From Lama guanicoe (lineage: Eukaryota), in the NCBI GenBank assembly GCA_013239625.1, contig MU056146.1, positions 5,855,314 to 5,919,313 of the forward strand: 64,000 bases of DNA. Direction: 5' to 3'. This document shows positions 1 through 11,442 of this stretch, piece after piece (position 1 is the first letter of the stretch; each line of letters opens with the position of its first letter). The notes under the pieces were generated by a model that saw nothing but the letters and a program-made list of their open reading frames with translations, did not search any database and was not told the origin of the DNA. A program made the translations under genes and the position numbers.

Positions 1-1184
1 TGTTTAGTTGCGAGTGTGTGTTTATTTGTCATAGCGTTTTTCTTTCTTCACTCTAACACATTTAAAAAAATCACAGCAAGACAGGATGCATGTTCTGCCA
101 TGTTCCTACTACTTAGAATCAACTGTTAACATTTTAACATTGGCTTTGAGAGTTTTATTTCTTCTTTCCTTATTTGTAGCTATTGTGGTTACAGATGTAG
201 CTAAACCCCTCTTTAACCAACTGTCTTCATTATTTCCCTCCTCCCCTCCCCAGAGGTAACAACCACCTAATGCATGTTACGTCTGTTGTAAACATTCATG
301 CATCCAAAAAGAACAGGCAGCATTGCTCTGGGGGTGTCCTTTTTCATCTGATTCCCAGTTGATAAACATTCAGGTTGTTTGGTGTTCTGTTTTGCGTTTG
401 CTGAAACAGACGCACTGCTGTGACCATCCTTGTCTGTTTCTCCTGATGCAGATCTGAGGTTTCTCCCTCCCTATATCCAGAAATGTAATAAGGAAGCTTA
501 TTTGCACGCGTATCTAAATGGAACAAACACCTCATCATTTTCTTGGACGATCCACAGTTAATCTTTCAAGGATCATATAAGAAGTGGCCCACCTCTCTGT
601 GACTCAGAATATGGGTGCTTGGTGTGGGGCACACACTAAGGGAAGGAAAAGATTAGAGAAAGAGGGGTTGATGGCGTGAAAAAACACTGTTGAGTCTATA
701 AATTCATTCCTGGGGCAGCCTGGTCTCCGATCTGAGTGCTGTGAAGAAGTTCGCTGCTCAGTGGCAATAGCCTCTATTATAGAACTGATCTGGAAAATTA
801 GACCCAAACCACACACTGATTTCATATTGTTAGACATTGCTTACAATTCAGAGCGTCCGCAGGCCCAGCCAACTTCTCCCTCCACTGACATTTCCCAGAA
901 CTAGAAAGTTAGTGTTCGGAGGCTGGTGCTCCTGACAGGCTGGCCCACCGCTCCAGCAGGAGCTGGCAATGGCTGAGAGCTTTGTCAAGGCTGAAGCAAC
1001 CCCTGAATCCTGCGAGTGCTGTGGGGTGGATGACTGGGTCTATTTCCAGGGCACATTTATCCAAGCTAGCTTGGGTGCCTTCACGGTGGAGGAAGTGCCT
1101 TGGAACAGTGGTTATTTTTCAATTAAAAAACAAAACGAAAAAACAACTCACCTAACTTTAGCTGTCTTCTGTGATTTCTCCCAG

Positions 1185-1260
1185 GAAACACAGCAAGATT
1201 CATTCCATCAGAAGCCTTGCTACGCAGCCTACAGAGCCGAATTCAGAAGTGCCAAAACAA
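1185..1260 (+). CDS. FARP1: FARP1 coding exon (~exon 12), end of FERM-adjacent region: (R)KHSKIHSIRSLATQPTEPNSEVPKQ
   Basis: Pyrimidine tract + ccag acceptor, gtcagt donor; 76 nt (phase 2 to 0); matches recalled FARP1 KHSKIHSIRSLASQPTE. Confidence 0.93.
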
Positions 1261-2354
1261 GTCAGTGATGATGGTGTTCAGTATTACAGCTCTGTCTGTC
1301 ACCAGACTTCCTCTACTGAGCCCTGTGTCGCCTAGCATGCTCTTGGGTTCTCTGTCCTTCCCCTCGGGGGTGTTGTATGGAGGAGAGCCAGACACAGCCT
1401 GAGCTCTGGGTCCTTCCCCAGCTGACTCCCTCTCCCGTGCTCTCGCCCCAGGGAAGTTGGCTCTGTTGGCCTGAACTCAGCTTAGGGCTGGAACCACCCA
1501 TGGGAGCCAGAGCTGAGCCCACCCTCCAGCTAAAGGGCTGCGCTTGTGCGAAGAGGTCAGGACCTACTTCGCGAGTGCTGGGTGCAGCTCCCCTTGGGTG
1601 CCAGGGTCAGAACCTTGTGCTGGCACTGGACTGGGCGGTGAGTTCCCAGGGCTCAGATTACAGGGCAGCAGCCACAGTGGCAGCGAGACACATGATCACT
1701 CTTGCCCAGCGGGTGGCCCGAGCTCGTTTTCCCTGGGGTTGGTATCTGGATGAGTTTTCAGGGTTTTCTCTGTGGTAGAATAAGAACTTTGTTGGAGAAG
1801 AACACGAAGGTGATTTCATTGTGTGAATCTGAAGTAAGTCCTTAACCTGCCCATCGTACCCTTAGGAATCCAGTCAAAGAAATCTTTGTCATTTGTCTGA
1901 AGTCCATGTCAGCCGGCCTTGGCGGGGGTGGGGAGCGGTCCGTGATATCTTCTTTTCCTCCCCCTGCCGGCGCCTCCTCAGGAAGCCCCCTGTGGGCTGG
2001 AAGGGCTCCCTTGTTGCACAGAAACTTTAGAAACCCAAGGTGAGACTGAGTCCCGGAAATGAGAGGCGCTGCCTCACCTGTGCTGCTGGGGACTCCGCAG
2101 TATCGGCTTCCACACCGTGAAAGAATATTCTGGATCCTGACCAGACACCCCGGGGAGTGCCCTGGGGGTTGCCCACTTACTGCCAGGGTGCCTTGTTCTA
2201 CGCCGGTGGAGGGCGGGCTTTATGCGGCAGTCGTTTGGGCCGCTTGATGCTGAAGGAGGTGCTGTTAAATTAGCCCCTGCGTCTCTCTCTAACCCTCTCC
2301 CTTTTCTCTTCATCTCCCCGCTCCTTTTCTTGCACCACCCCACCCCCGCCCCAG

Positions 2355-2604
2355 TCTCAGCAGAGTGCCAGCCTTACCCTCGGAGAAGGTGCTGAATCCC
2401 CAGGCAGCCAGAGCTGCCAGCCAGGAAAGGAACTGAATGTTTCCGCCCAGGAGAGCGGGCCGCCACGCAGCCCCGCTGCACAGAAGAGCCCGGCAGGGAG
2501 CACGCCGGCCGACGGAGCCGTCAGGGCGACGGTGGAGGAAGAGGAGGAGGTCGTTAAGGACAGGACCCAGCAGAGTAGACCTCAGCCCCCGCAGCCAAGC
2601 ACAG
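2355..2604 (+). CDS. FARP1: FARP1 coding exon (~exon 13), S/P-rich linker: SQQSASLTLGEGAESPG...EEEEEVVKDRTQQSRPQPPQPST(G)
   Basis: Long pyrimidine tract + ccag at 2351-2354; ends ACAG|gtccag; phase 1 joins the exon at 16318 to give PQPSTGSLTGSPHL, as in recalled FARP1. Confidence 0.93.
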
Positions 2605-3581
2605 GTCCAGCATCCAGGGCTGCTAGAGGCAGCAGCGCTTCCATTCCTTTCATTGACTGCAGTGACGTAGACAGTGAATCCGACCTTCTCAGGGAACACG
2701 CATCCCAGTCACGGTCCCAAACAAATGACAACTATGAGGGTGATTTGACCAGTGGTGTTTATCTGCTCTCCCGGGAGGAGAGGCGAATAGAAGCTAGGCA
2801 TTCTAGGGCTTCCCCGCACTCTGTGAAGTCCTCCCGGCCTCCTTCCAGAGAATTCCTTGACGATGATTCGGCAGACATATCCTTTGATGTGAGCGGGAGC
2901 CCCAGACTCCCAAGACATAGCTCTCTGATAGATGAGATGTTCGGGGGCTCAGGCAGCCACAGTCCCTTGGCCACCCCCTTATCTCCCAGCAGCAGAAGCT
3001 CAAGTCCAAATATGCCTTGGGGCCGGACCAGGTCTCAAGGCTATGTTTCCGAAAACGGACATGACCCTAGAGAGAGAAGTGTGGGAGAAGGTACTCTCCT
3101 AAGCCCGGGTCCTCATTACGAAAACTGTTCTCCCGTCTCACAAAGGCCGTATTTAAAGAGTCTTCCCGGTGGATACAATAAGTCAGAGACAGATCCACTC
3201 ATTCTTAGCCGGGGAGCATCAACCCCAGAGGCAGCAGGTAGGCTTGACGGCCCCGGAGAGGGAGGAGTGGTCGGCCCGGCTGGCTTGGAAGGCAGGACGC
3301 TGGCTAATGGGACCCCTCTCGTGGGTCCAGCCTCCAAGACCCTCACTGCGCAGGCAGCCCATACCAGTCGCCTGGGAGACCAGCTGGCCCCCCTGCAGGT
3401 GACCGAGGGCTCCACCAGCAGTGGGACTGAATCCAGCGATTCAGACTCTGAGATGGTGAGCCCTCTGAACCAGCCCCTCGTGTTTGGTAATCCAGCCGTG
3501 CTGGGTTCCCCCTGCGTGGAGAGGAATAAGAAGTCCCTGAGTGGCCTGCGTGTGAAGGAGGAGAGGGAGGAGAATGAGTGA
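2605..3581 (+). CDS. FARP1: Putative alternative terminal extension of FARP1 exon 13: in-frame read-through of 324 extra aa, Ser/Pro/acidic, FRMD7-like C-terminus
   Basis: Frame is open from 2355 to TGA 3579-3581 across a very weak donor; GC/CpG-rich up to the stop, then AT-rich; ends ESSDSDSEMVSP...SLSGLRVKEEREENE. Confidence 0.72.
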
Positions 3582-4649
3582 GGAGACTCGAAGGCATGTC
3601 TTCAAGTGTCGGGAGCCTGGGTTCCTGAGTCCCGGCTTTCGGTGGAGATGATCTGTGCTAGCGACTTGTGCATTTTTAATTGACATCTGTTAGAGGAAGT
3701 TTGGGGCAGGCACACGTTGGATAGGGCATGCCTGACTTCTCAGAGAAACCAAACTTCACAAAGCCTGACAAATTACCAAGAGCTTGTTTATCTTTCTGGT
3801 GGAAGGCTAGAAAGAAATACTTTATTACGAATCTGATCAGTGTGTAGCGTGTCGTATTTATGTGGAAATTTTCTTGTATGTTCAGTTCTGTAGGCAGATC
3901 ACCCTCCCATTTGGTTGAGTCTGGGGACTGAAATAGCACTGAGACCCCAGGAAAAGTGTTGGTTTTACTTTTAACCCCTTCTTGAAAAGGGGGGCTGCTT
4001 TTCTGTGCCTCGTAAAGTGAGAAACTGACAAAATTCAAGGCCAAATGTAAGTTGATTGCTAGTTGAGGTGAAGTGTTTGTGAAATCTTAGTTAAGACTAG
4101 TGAACATTTTAATCAGAAGCACGTGGAATTACTTCTTTGCAGACTTTGTATGAAATGATATAAAAGTCATAGAATCTTCAGGAGCTGTAAGTGACATGAG
4201 ATTGCTGGTTCGGTTTGGGTTTGGTTTGGGTTTGCTTTGGTGGGTCAAATTTGTTGGTTATGTTTGAAGAAGCTGTAACTGGTGAGCAGAACCTCTTGGT
4301 GAAGCACAGACATGCTGTCAGGCGATGGTGCAGGAGGAAGTAGGTACTGTTGTCACCGGGAGGTTGGCAGACTGAATGCTGCCTTTGAATAGTGCACAGC
4401 ACAGAGAAGGGCCGAGTCCCAGTCTCATTGCCTTGGGTTGAGTTTTACGCACATTCTTAATGTTCACTCTCTTGGGAACAGCAGCTTCTCTCAGAAGCTG
4501 ACTTACGGCTGCTTCTCTGTGCAGGAAGAAAGAAAGTGAAAGTAGCAAGAAGTCTGGCTTCTTTTTAAATCTTGACCACCTACACCAGTGCCTTTCACCC
4601 AGCACTCCTGCATTTCAGATGAAGAGCCTGGTTTGGACTTGCTTTGTGT

Positions 4650-4790
4650 CTCAGCCTTAGCTGCACCTTGGAATCACCTAGGAATTTAAAAATTGGCATT
4701 GCCCGAACCCAGACCCTAGAAATTTCGTTCTCATTGAGCTGGGGTGCCTCTTGGGCTCCCCAGATGGCTCTGCTAGGCAGCCAGGGTCAC
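4650..4790. mobile_element. MER5A-like hAT-Charlie remnant
   Basis: cttagctgcaccttggaatcacctagg...ggcagccaggg resembles MER5A. Confidence 0.55.
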
Positions 4791-5374
4791 TCCTCAGCCA
4801 AACATGATTGCCTTCTAGACTCTGGTGGAGTGTAAGGAAAGCGCTGGCTGAAATTCTGGCTTGCTTGCTGAGTAGGAAGAGGGTCACAAATGAAGTGCTT
4901 TTCTTCATGCCTGTTATTTGGTACTTTTTAGTCTTCGGTACTTTTTTAAAAAAAATAAATTGTAGAGTAAAAGTTTTAGATCCTAAGTAACCACAAAATC
5001 CTCGAGCAGAGTTGTAACAACGATACATCTGATGTCTGCCATGCCAGTGGCCTTAGTAAAACCTCATCATGTGGCTTTGTCATGCGGAGGGGCTGATCAT
5101 GGGTAGGAAACGGAGTAGAATTTGGCAGCAGTATTTCACGAACAGAAATATTGACTGACCTTGTGGTTCACAAGTGATTATCTGTCCACATGAATGTCCA
5201 GAGGTTGGTTTTAAAGATTCTGAAAACTTTAATCCATTTTTATACACACTTCTGCTCTGTCTTCCTAATCATTTGATTCAGTGCATGATTGATGAATCAA
5301 ATTGATTATCGGATAGCTTGAAAGATGTTCATTGAAGTAGTCTATTCATGTCTTGCTTTAGAATTACATATTTA

Positions 5375-5530
5375 ACAGTCACAGAATTTGAAAGCCAGAA
5401 GGGACCTTAGAGATCACCTAGGTTAAACCTCATTTTACAGATGAGAAACTTTCTTCCAGTGAAGAAGTCACAGAAGTCATACAGCTGTTGCATGACAGAG
5501 CTAGAGCCAGAAAGCTGGTCTCCGGACTTC
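5375..5530 (-). mobile_element. MIR SINE
   Basis: gggaccttagagatcacctag...cattttacagatgagaaact MIR core. Confidence 0.75.
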
Positions 5531-7807
5531 AGCATTTTACTCTATGTGACGTCTGGATGCAATAGGTCCTTTTAGATTTAATACTTTATTTTTTGAGACT
5601 CTTGTATGCATTAATAATTAAAATCATGTGGCAACTAGGAATCCTGTAGACTTGACTTAGGCAATGACAGTCCTACTAGGCAGGAAGACCGGCTGCTTTT
5701 TTATATTGCGGGGTTTTGCATTATAACACATTTTTGCATATTCTGTTTTGAACTTAGAGAAAGATGTCAATTTGCTGTAGAAAAATTTACTTAAATGGGA
5801 GTGTAGCGCAGTGACACTTGGAATCCTGTGGTTTATTTGTGAAGGTGGTCTGTTGAAATGAGTTTTCTTTTTACTTCTAATCATACAGCAGTCTGATAAT
5901 GAAATACGAATGAGCAAAAGGGTTGAACTTACCCAAAACAAAATGTGAATCATCGCATGTAAACCCCCAAAGCAAAACACGCTCCAGTAATTATTTTGTT
6001 TGGCTTTTTCCCTAAAGAAGTGATTTTTATCTGAAGTGTTTTAAAAGCAGCTGATCAACAGTGGTGTCCCCTGTCCTGCACTGACAAGATTTTCCACTGT
6101 CAGGGTCACTGGTAGAGTTTTTCTCAGGTTGGTTTCATACCAGCCACGTAACTGAATTTCTGCTTCTCAGCCAGCGTTTATGAAAGTGGCAATCCTGGTG
6201 TGGTTAATGGTGCTTAAAAGAAAGGAGGGGTGTGGTTTGTTCAAAAGCCACTTACCCTGAAGTGCTGAGAATACTCACTAATTGCTTCAGGGAGCACTTG
6301 CCGAGCGCTGGTGGGACGGTCAGCCTCCCGCCAGCATTCTTTGGTCCTGGCGGTAGAGCCAGTTGACCGAGGTGGAGAGGTCAGGGAAAGCCACGAGTGT
6401 CCACCATCCCACCTTCTGTGCCCTCTGCTTGTGAGACTCCGGTCCCGAGGTCCTTAACTGGTCGCTGGAATCTCACTGTGTGGCGTAACAAGGGCAGGCA
6501 GATCAGAGAGGGGGTCAGGTATGAGGAATAAGCAGTGGAGATGAGACACCTGTGAATTCTTGCAGATTTCTGAAGGGTTTCCTAAGACCTTCCGCCAGTT
6601 TTTCTAAGACAAGAGCTAGTGTAGGGTCTCCTGCATCAACAGGGAAGCCAAGGCTTCAGATCACGGCTGCTCTCTGAAACAGTGTCTTAGGGGCTTGGAT
6701 AGAAGACCAGCTCTATAGAGAAATAAATCTTCATGCCACTCAGGGCTACTCCAGGGCCTCCTTGCACTAATATCTTTTGTTAGATAGTGTTTCAAAATAT
6801 GTAAATTATAGAACCTTTTGGGTTGATTTTTATTGCTGCTTGTTCAAGGCAATATAAAAATGCAAGAAATTCTCTTAGCGTGAAGAAATGCGTTTAATGA
6901 GTTCCAGAACTTAAAACGGATTGCTCCAGCTCCTTCAGCAGTCATCTGTGTGACCTTGACAACCTTTTATTAGACAGGCATTTAATTAAAGGAAGTCTGT
7001 GGGCCAGATTCTTCCCCACACATGTGGTTCCTAGTTGGAAATTCCTCACAGATTTATTTTCTATGCTGCTGTGGCCTGCACTTAAAATGTGAATTCTTCC
7101 AGTTTTATTCTCGAGAATTTCTTTGAAGATTCGAACCAAGCAATGCTGCTTTAAGAAAAAAAAAAAAAAAAAGCTAGACCCTGCAAAACCAAAATGCAGC
7201 GTGAGCCTCTGGAAATTTCTACCAAGTATATGAAATCGGCCTGTCCTCAGTTGAATAGGAGCTCCATTTGCATCTTAGCTCTGGAATCATTTTGATTGTG
7301 CTGTAAAGCAGTTCCTGAAAAAAAAAAAAAAGGAAACACTGCAAATACTAAGCTGTCGTTTTAAGCTTTGTTAAAACTGTTGTGAATGTGCACAGCTCCC
7401 TTTTTTCCTAACTGTAATCAGTGTTCACATTCAAATGCTTTTAATCAACGTTTTCCACTTAAAATGCTCTTCCATATTTCAACACAGTATGGGTTTGGTG
7501 CAATTGGAATCATTAGTGAGTAACTGAGTTCCAGGTAGGACCAACCTTCAATTAGGAAATTTGGGGGCCCCTTCATCATTAGATTTATTTTGAGTTTATC
7601 TGCTTCTGTCTCGATCACTCTTCTTTACCAGGCCCTTGTTACTAGCCAGAACGTCAGAGCTTTCCAAGTTGTATCCCCAAGGAAGGCTCTTTTTCCCTGG
7701 ATTTTCTCCTTTGTAGTCTGTGAATTTCCCTCCTCTGATAATCAGGAGCTTAGTTCTCTAAGGTTGGCCTTCCTCTAGTTTCCTGGAGATGCGTCTACAG
7801 TTGATTC

Positions 7808-7912
7808 TTTTTTTTTTTTTTTTAATTTTTCTTTAACGGAGGTCCTAGGCCTTGAACCCAGGACCTCATGCATGCTGAGCATGGGCTCTACCACTGAGCT
7901 TTATCCTCCCGC
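7808..7912 (-). mobile_element. tRNA-Ala-like SINE (camelid Vic-1-like)
   Basis: ttgaacccaggacctcatgcatgctgagcatg...ccactgagct with poly-T tail; TSD cagttgattctt/cagctgactctt. Confidence 0.8.
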
Positions 7913-7916
7913 CTTT

Positions 7917-8101
7917 CAGCTGACTCTTGAACAACACAGGTTTGAACAGTGCAGGTCCACTTACACTCAGATTTTTTTCAGTAGTAAATACTGCGCAGTG
8001 CAAGGTTAGTTGAATCTGCAGATGCGGAAGTGCAGTTACACATGGAGGATGGACTATAAACTTCACGGGGACTTTCCTCTGCTCAGAGGGTCAGCGCTGT
8101 A
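7917..8101 (+). mobile_element. Tigger2-family TcMar DNA transposon remnant
   Basis: Begins cagctgactcttgaacaacacaggtttgaac...gggtccactta, like the Tigger2 left end; ends ...ctgta. Confidence 0.7.
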
Positions 8102-9417
8102 TTTTATTGCTGCCAATTTTACAAATCAAACTGCAGAAGAGTCCTTCCATGCGGTCTCTGCAATAGATTAAGTTTCTCTGAACCTGAAAGAGGTGAACAT
8201 TTCAAAACAGCCCGTCGCCGGTAGCTCTTGGATGAGTTTTACATTCAGCCGTGGTAGCCAAGTTCATAAGAACGTGTGGGACGATTGGTCCTAGTGAGTG
8301 AACGTATATAAGAAGGAAGTGATTAAAGAACTTGACTCTGGCGACATTTAAAGAATTTCCTGGCCCTGCTTCTTCCTTGTTAGTTTAATTCCATCTGTTT
8401 CTGTTTAGCTGAACAAAATGTAATACAGGGAAATGGGGTCTCTAGTGCACACCGTGCATACCTCTAACACCAGTTGCTGGTATTTAACTGAAGCCATGAC
8501 TTTTAGATCAAAATAAGGCAACCCCTTAATGTAGCAGCTCCCTTTTTATTAAAAATAACAATAATAATGAAAAGCAAAAAATATACATATCCATGATGAC
8601 TTGACCTAGCGTTGTCTGCTCAAAGATCAAAAGTGGCCTGGTTGCCACCTGTTTGGATACATACTTGAAAAGGGTTACATCGTGTTTCCTGGGGGTAACC
8701 TAGGGATTTTGAATATTTCCCCCCATGAACAAAAGTTGCAAATGCTGATTTGTGCGTCATGTATATGTTTGGGAGGAGGTGGATAGAGTCTTGTTTTTGA
8801 AAAAGGGTCTTCCTTCATAAAATTAACAACACATTAGTCCCAAAAAACAGATGAAATCTACTTCCATCCTGGGGAACTTTTTTTTTTTCTTTTCTAGCAA
8901 AAGCAGTTAAACACCCTGGTAGAAGCTAGGGTTGAATTAGAAAATTCTCCTTTTCCTGAAAGCTTTAGAAGTTGAGTAGACTGTTTGTTCAGGACGGTTT
9001 CAGTGTGGATGGCCTAAGTGATACAGACGTCACAGCTTAGCCTTGGAAACGGCCTCGGGCCGTAGTCCTGGGTTAGCACTTCTGGTAGGAGGCAGCTCAT
9101 TTGCATCTTCATGTAGGTTCTAGATCAGGTTGTTCTGATAGGTCTTGGGCTGGTTTTTATATTTGAAAGTAGGGAGAATTCAATTAACTGTTGACATGGG
9201 ATAGCTGATTTTGTATAGTTGAGAGCCCGGGTGAAAAATCAGCTGCCAGGCAAATGCTGTTAATGCATCATGGAAATGGTATGGAAGAGTCCTGAGCTTG
9301 CTGCTGGGGCCAGAAGCAATGATTTTGGAATATTGAAGAGCAGTTAGAAATCACTGCAAAATGCAACACAAACCAAGGGTACTAAGGAGGATAGGAGGGA
9401 GTGAGGACTGTGTGCAC

Positions 9418-9437
9418 GTGTGTGTGTGTGTGTGTGT
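9418..9437. repeat. (GT)n microsatellite
   Basis: Direct read. Confidence 0.9.
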
Positions 9438-11084
9438 AGAAAGCATCGAACAGTGATTAACTCTACTTTTGAGTAAGAGGTAGCGGTGGCAATGGTACTG
9501 GGAGTTTGGAGGCAGTGATTCTGCTTTATTCTAAATTGGGGTTGTTAACTGACTCTCAAATAGGAAACAGTGGAAGGGTCATTTTGGAGCCTGGTGGTGG
9601 TGCAGTGACGGGCCTGTCATTATTCACAGATGACCTTTCTGGCTCATGAAACTGGGCTGACGATTGCTTTTTCCTGGGCCTCAAAGTTCCTTTGTGAGAA
9701 ATGAAGCATTTGTCACTCTGCCTGCGGTGATTTATGGAAAGACCAAAGACAGGTTTTCCTTAGTCGAGAACACACACCCGCTGCTCTCTGCACACGCGCC
9801 TGAGTGGCCGGTGGATTCAATCCCTCACCTTCTTTCTGCCTGGAAAGTTGCCCTGAAAACCTGACTAACCCACTCGCACAAGCTTGGCCTGTATTATTAA
9901 TCCAGTTCCTTTCTGTTCTCTCTGTGTGTATATTTAATATGTTATTAAAAATTTTCTAATATGTGGAATTAATTTTAAAATAGAAAAGGCTGGGGACTTC
10001 ATTCTCATTTTTGTCATTTGTTGGATAAATTCAAAAGGACATTTTTCTGTTGTGCCATGGTATGCCCTGTTGTGTCAGCATGTACCTATCCAAGAGTAAA
10101 AGCTTTTTTTCAACATTCTGTCTTTATCCTTAAAGCATGGTGTACCTTCTGTTCCCTGCATTGTTGGAGCACTGTCTGATGTCTTTTTTTTTTTTTTAAC
10201 ACAACTGAATACCAGTTTGTACTTTGGAATACCTGTTTCCTCTAGAATACAGTGATCCTGGTCTGTAAACAGCAGGTTTTAACAGGCGGGCATCCTGGGC
10301 GGTCACACTTGGTGACACCATATTTCTCTAAAGGTGGGGAAACAGAAGGTGAACAGAAGACTTCACTTTTCTGATCTCATCTTCTACAAGCCTGCTCTTT
10401 GCACTGTGTGCCTGGAGTGGGTGGTGTTTGGACGCGAGCAGGATCACTGTAGTCTGGGAGAGGGCTCATGGAAACAGAGAGTATCTGTGGTCAGGCTTAC
10501 ATAGGGGGAGCCCGGACGGCCAAGCAGAGGATTGGCTTCTTGTTTGGAATGGGAACATCTATTCAAATGGGACTAGAAAACTGGACGTCGTTTGTAAAAG
10601 GATTTAGCTGTGTCTTCACTTTGTTGGGGAGTGCGGGTAGGTGGAAATAGAAGACCTCATCTAGCATAGCCCCAGCTGGCTTCCTCACCGCCGATAAGCT
10701 GTTTTTCAGTTTGCAGTCTACCCACGATGTAGGCTGTCACAGATACTGTCTGGTTTCATCTTCTCTCCACGGCCTAAGAGTGCAGTATCACAATAAAGCA
10801 TGGATCTCTACCACCAGGAAGGTGGCCGGCTTCTCCGATAACAATGAGCTTGGTGATTCTTTTAAGCATGGAAGGCCAAACTCATGTAACAAGTGTATGC
10901 ACGGTGTTAATATCTCTTGTTAATCTCAACTGAAGAGGCTTTTACTTGTCCTAACAGGTATCTTGCTGTAAAAACTGTCAATTGTAACTGTGCTTTCCCT
11001 CTGATGGCTGAAGCTTTATCCTGAGTACAAGATGGTATTTTTCATTGGTACGAAGCACCATGTTCCCCAATCCAAACAATGCCA

Positions 11085-11134
11085 CTGCTGCCGCCGCCGC
11101 CGCCGCCACCGCCACCACCACCACCACCACCACC
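11085..11134. repeat. Compound trinucleotide repeat (GCC)n-(ACC)n
   Basis: ctgctgccgccgccgccgccgccaccgccaccaccaccaccaccaccacc. Confidence 0.9.
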
Positions 11135-11436
11135 TTCAAACAGAGAAGAATCCTTTATCTTTTCCCCATAAGCAAGAACAAGCTAGTGCATTCCCTGTCA
11201 TTTTTCCATTAGCATTTCTCTTTATATTTTTCGGCAAGTCGCCTTGCTGTTGCTTTTCTGAATTGCTTGATGATGAGTGGTGACACTGATGTTTAGCAGC
11301 TTGTAAAACTCTTCCTAAAGGAACTTGGTCTAAGAAGTACATACCTTACCTGCAACAACCCAAGTTACCAAGAAGACCCCACTGCTATGATGGGTAATCG
11401 TATAATCTGGTTTTTCTTGTGGAAACTTGTCATTTC

Positions 11437-11442
11437 AATAAA
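11437..11442 (+). terminator. Candidate intronic poly(A) signal AATAAA
   Basis: Context ttttcttgtggaaacttgtcatttcAATAAAacagtgacagctcttttcc...tgtggtggg: U-rich upstream, U/GU-rich downstream. Confidence 0.5.

Noticed and set aside
2532-3581. 349-aa ORF as an independent nested gene or retrogene
   Set aside because: Its start is a GTG inside FARP1 exon 13 and it is in frame with upstream FARP1 codons; I saw no poly-A/TSD scar. Better explained as an exon extension.
11032-11283. ORF with poly-Arg/poly-His
   Set aside because: Translation artefact of the (GCC)n-(ACC)n repeat.
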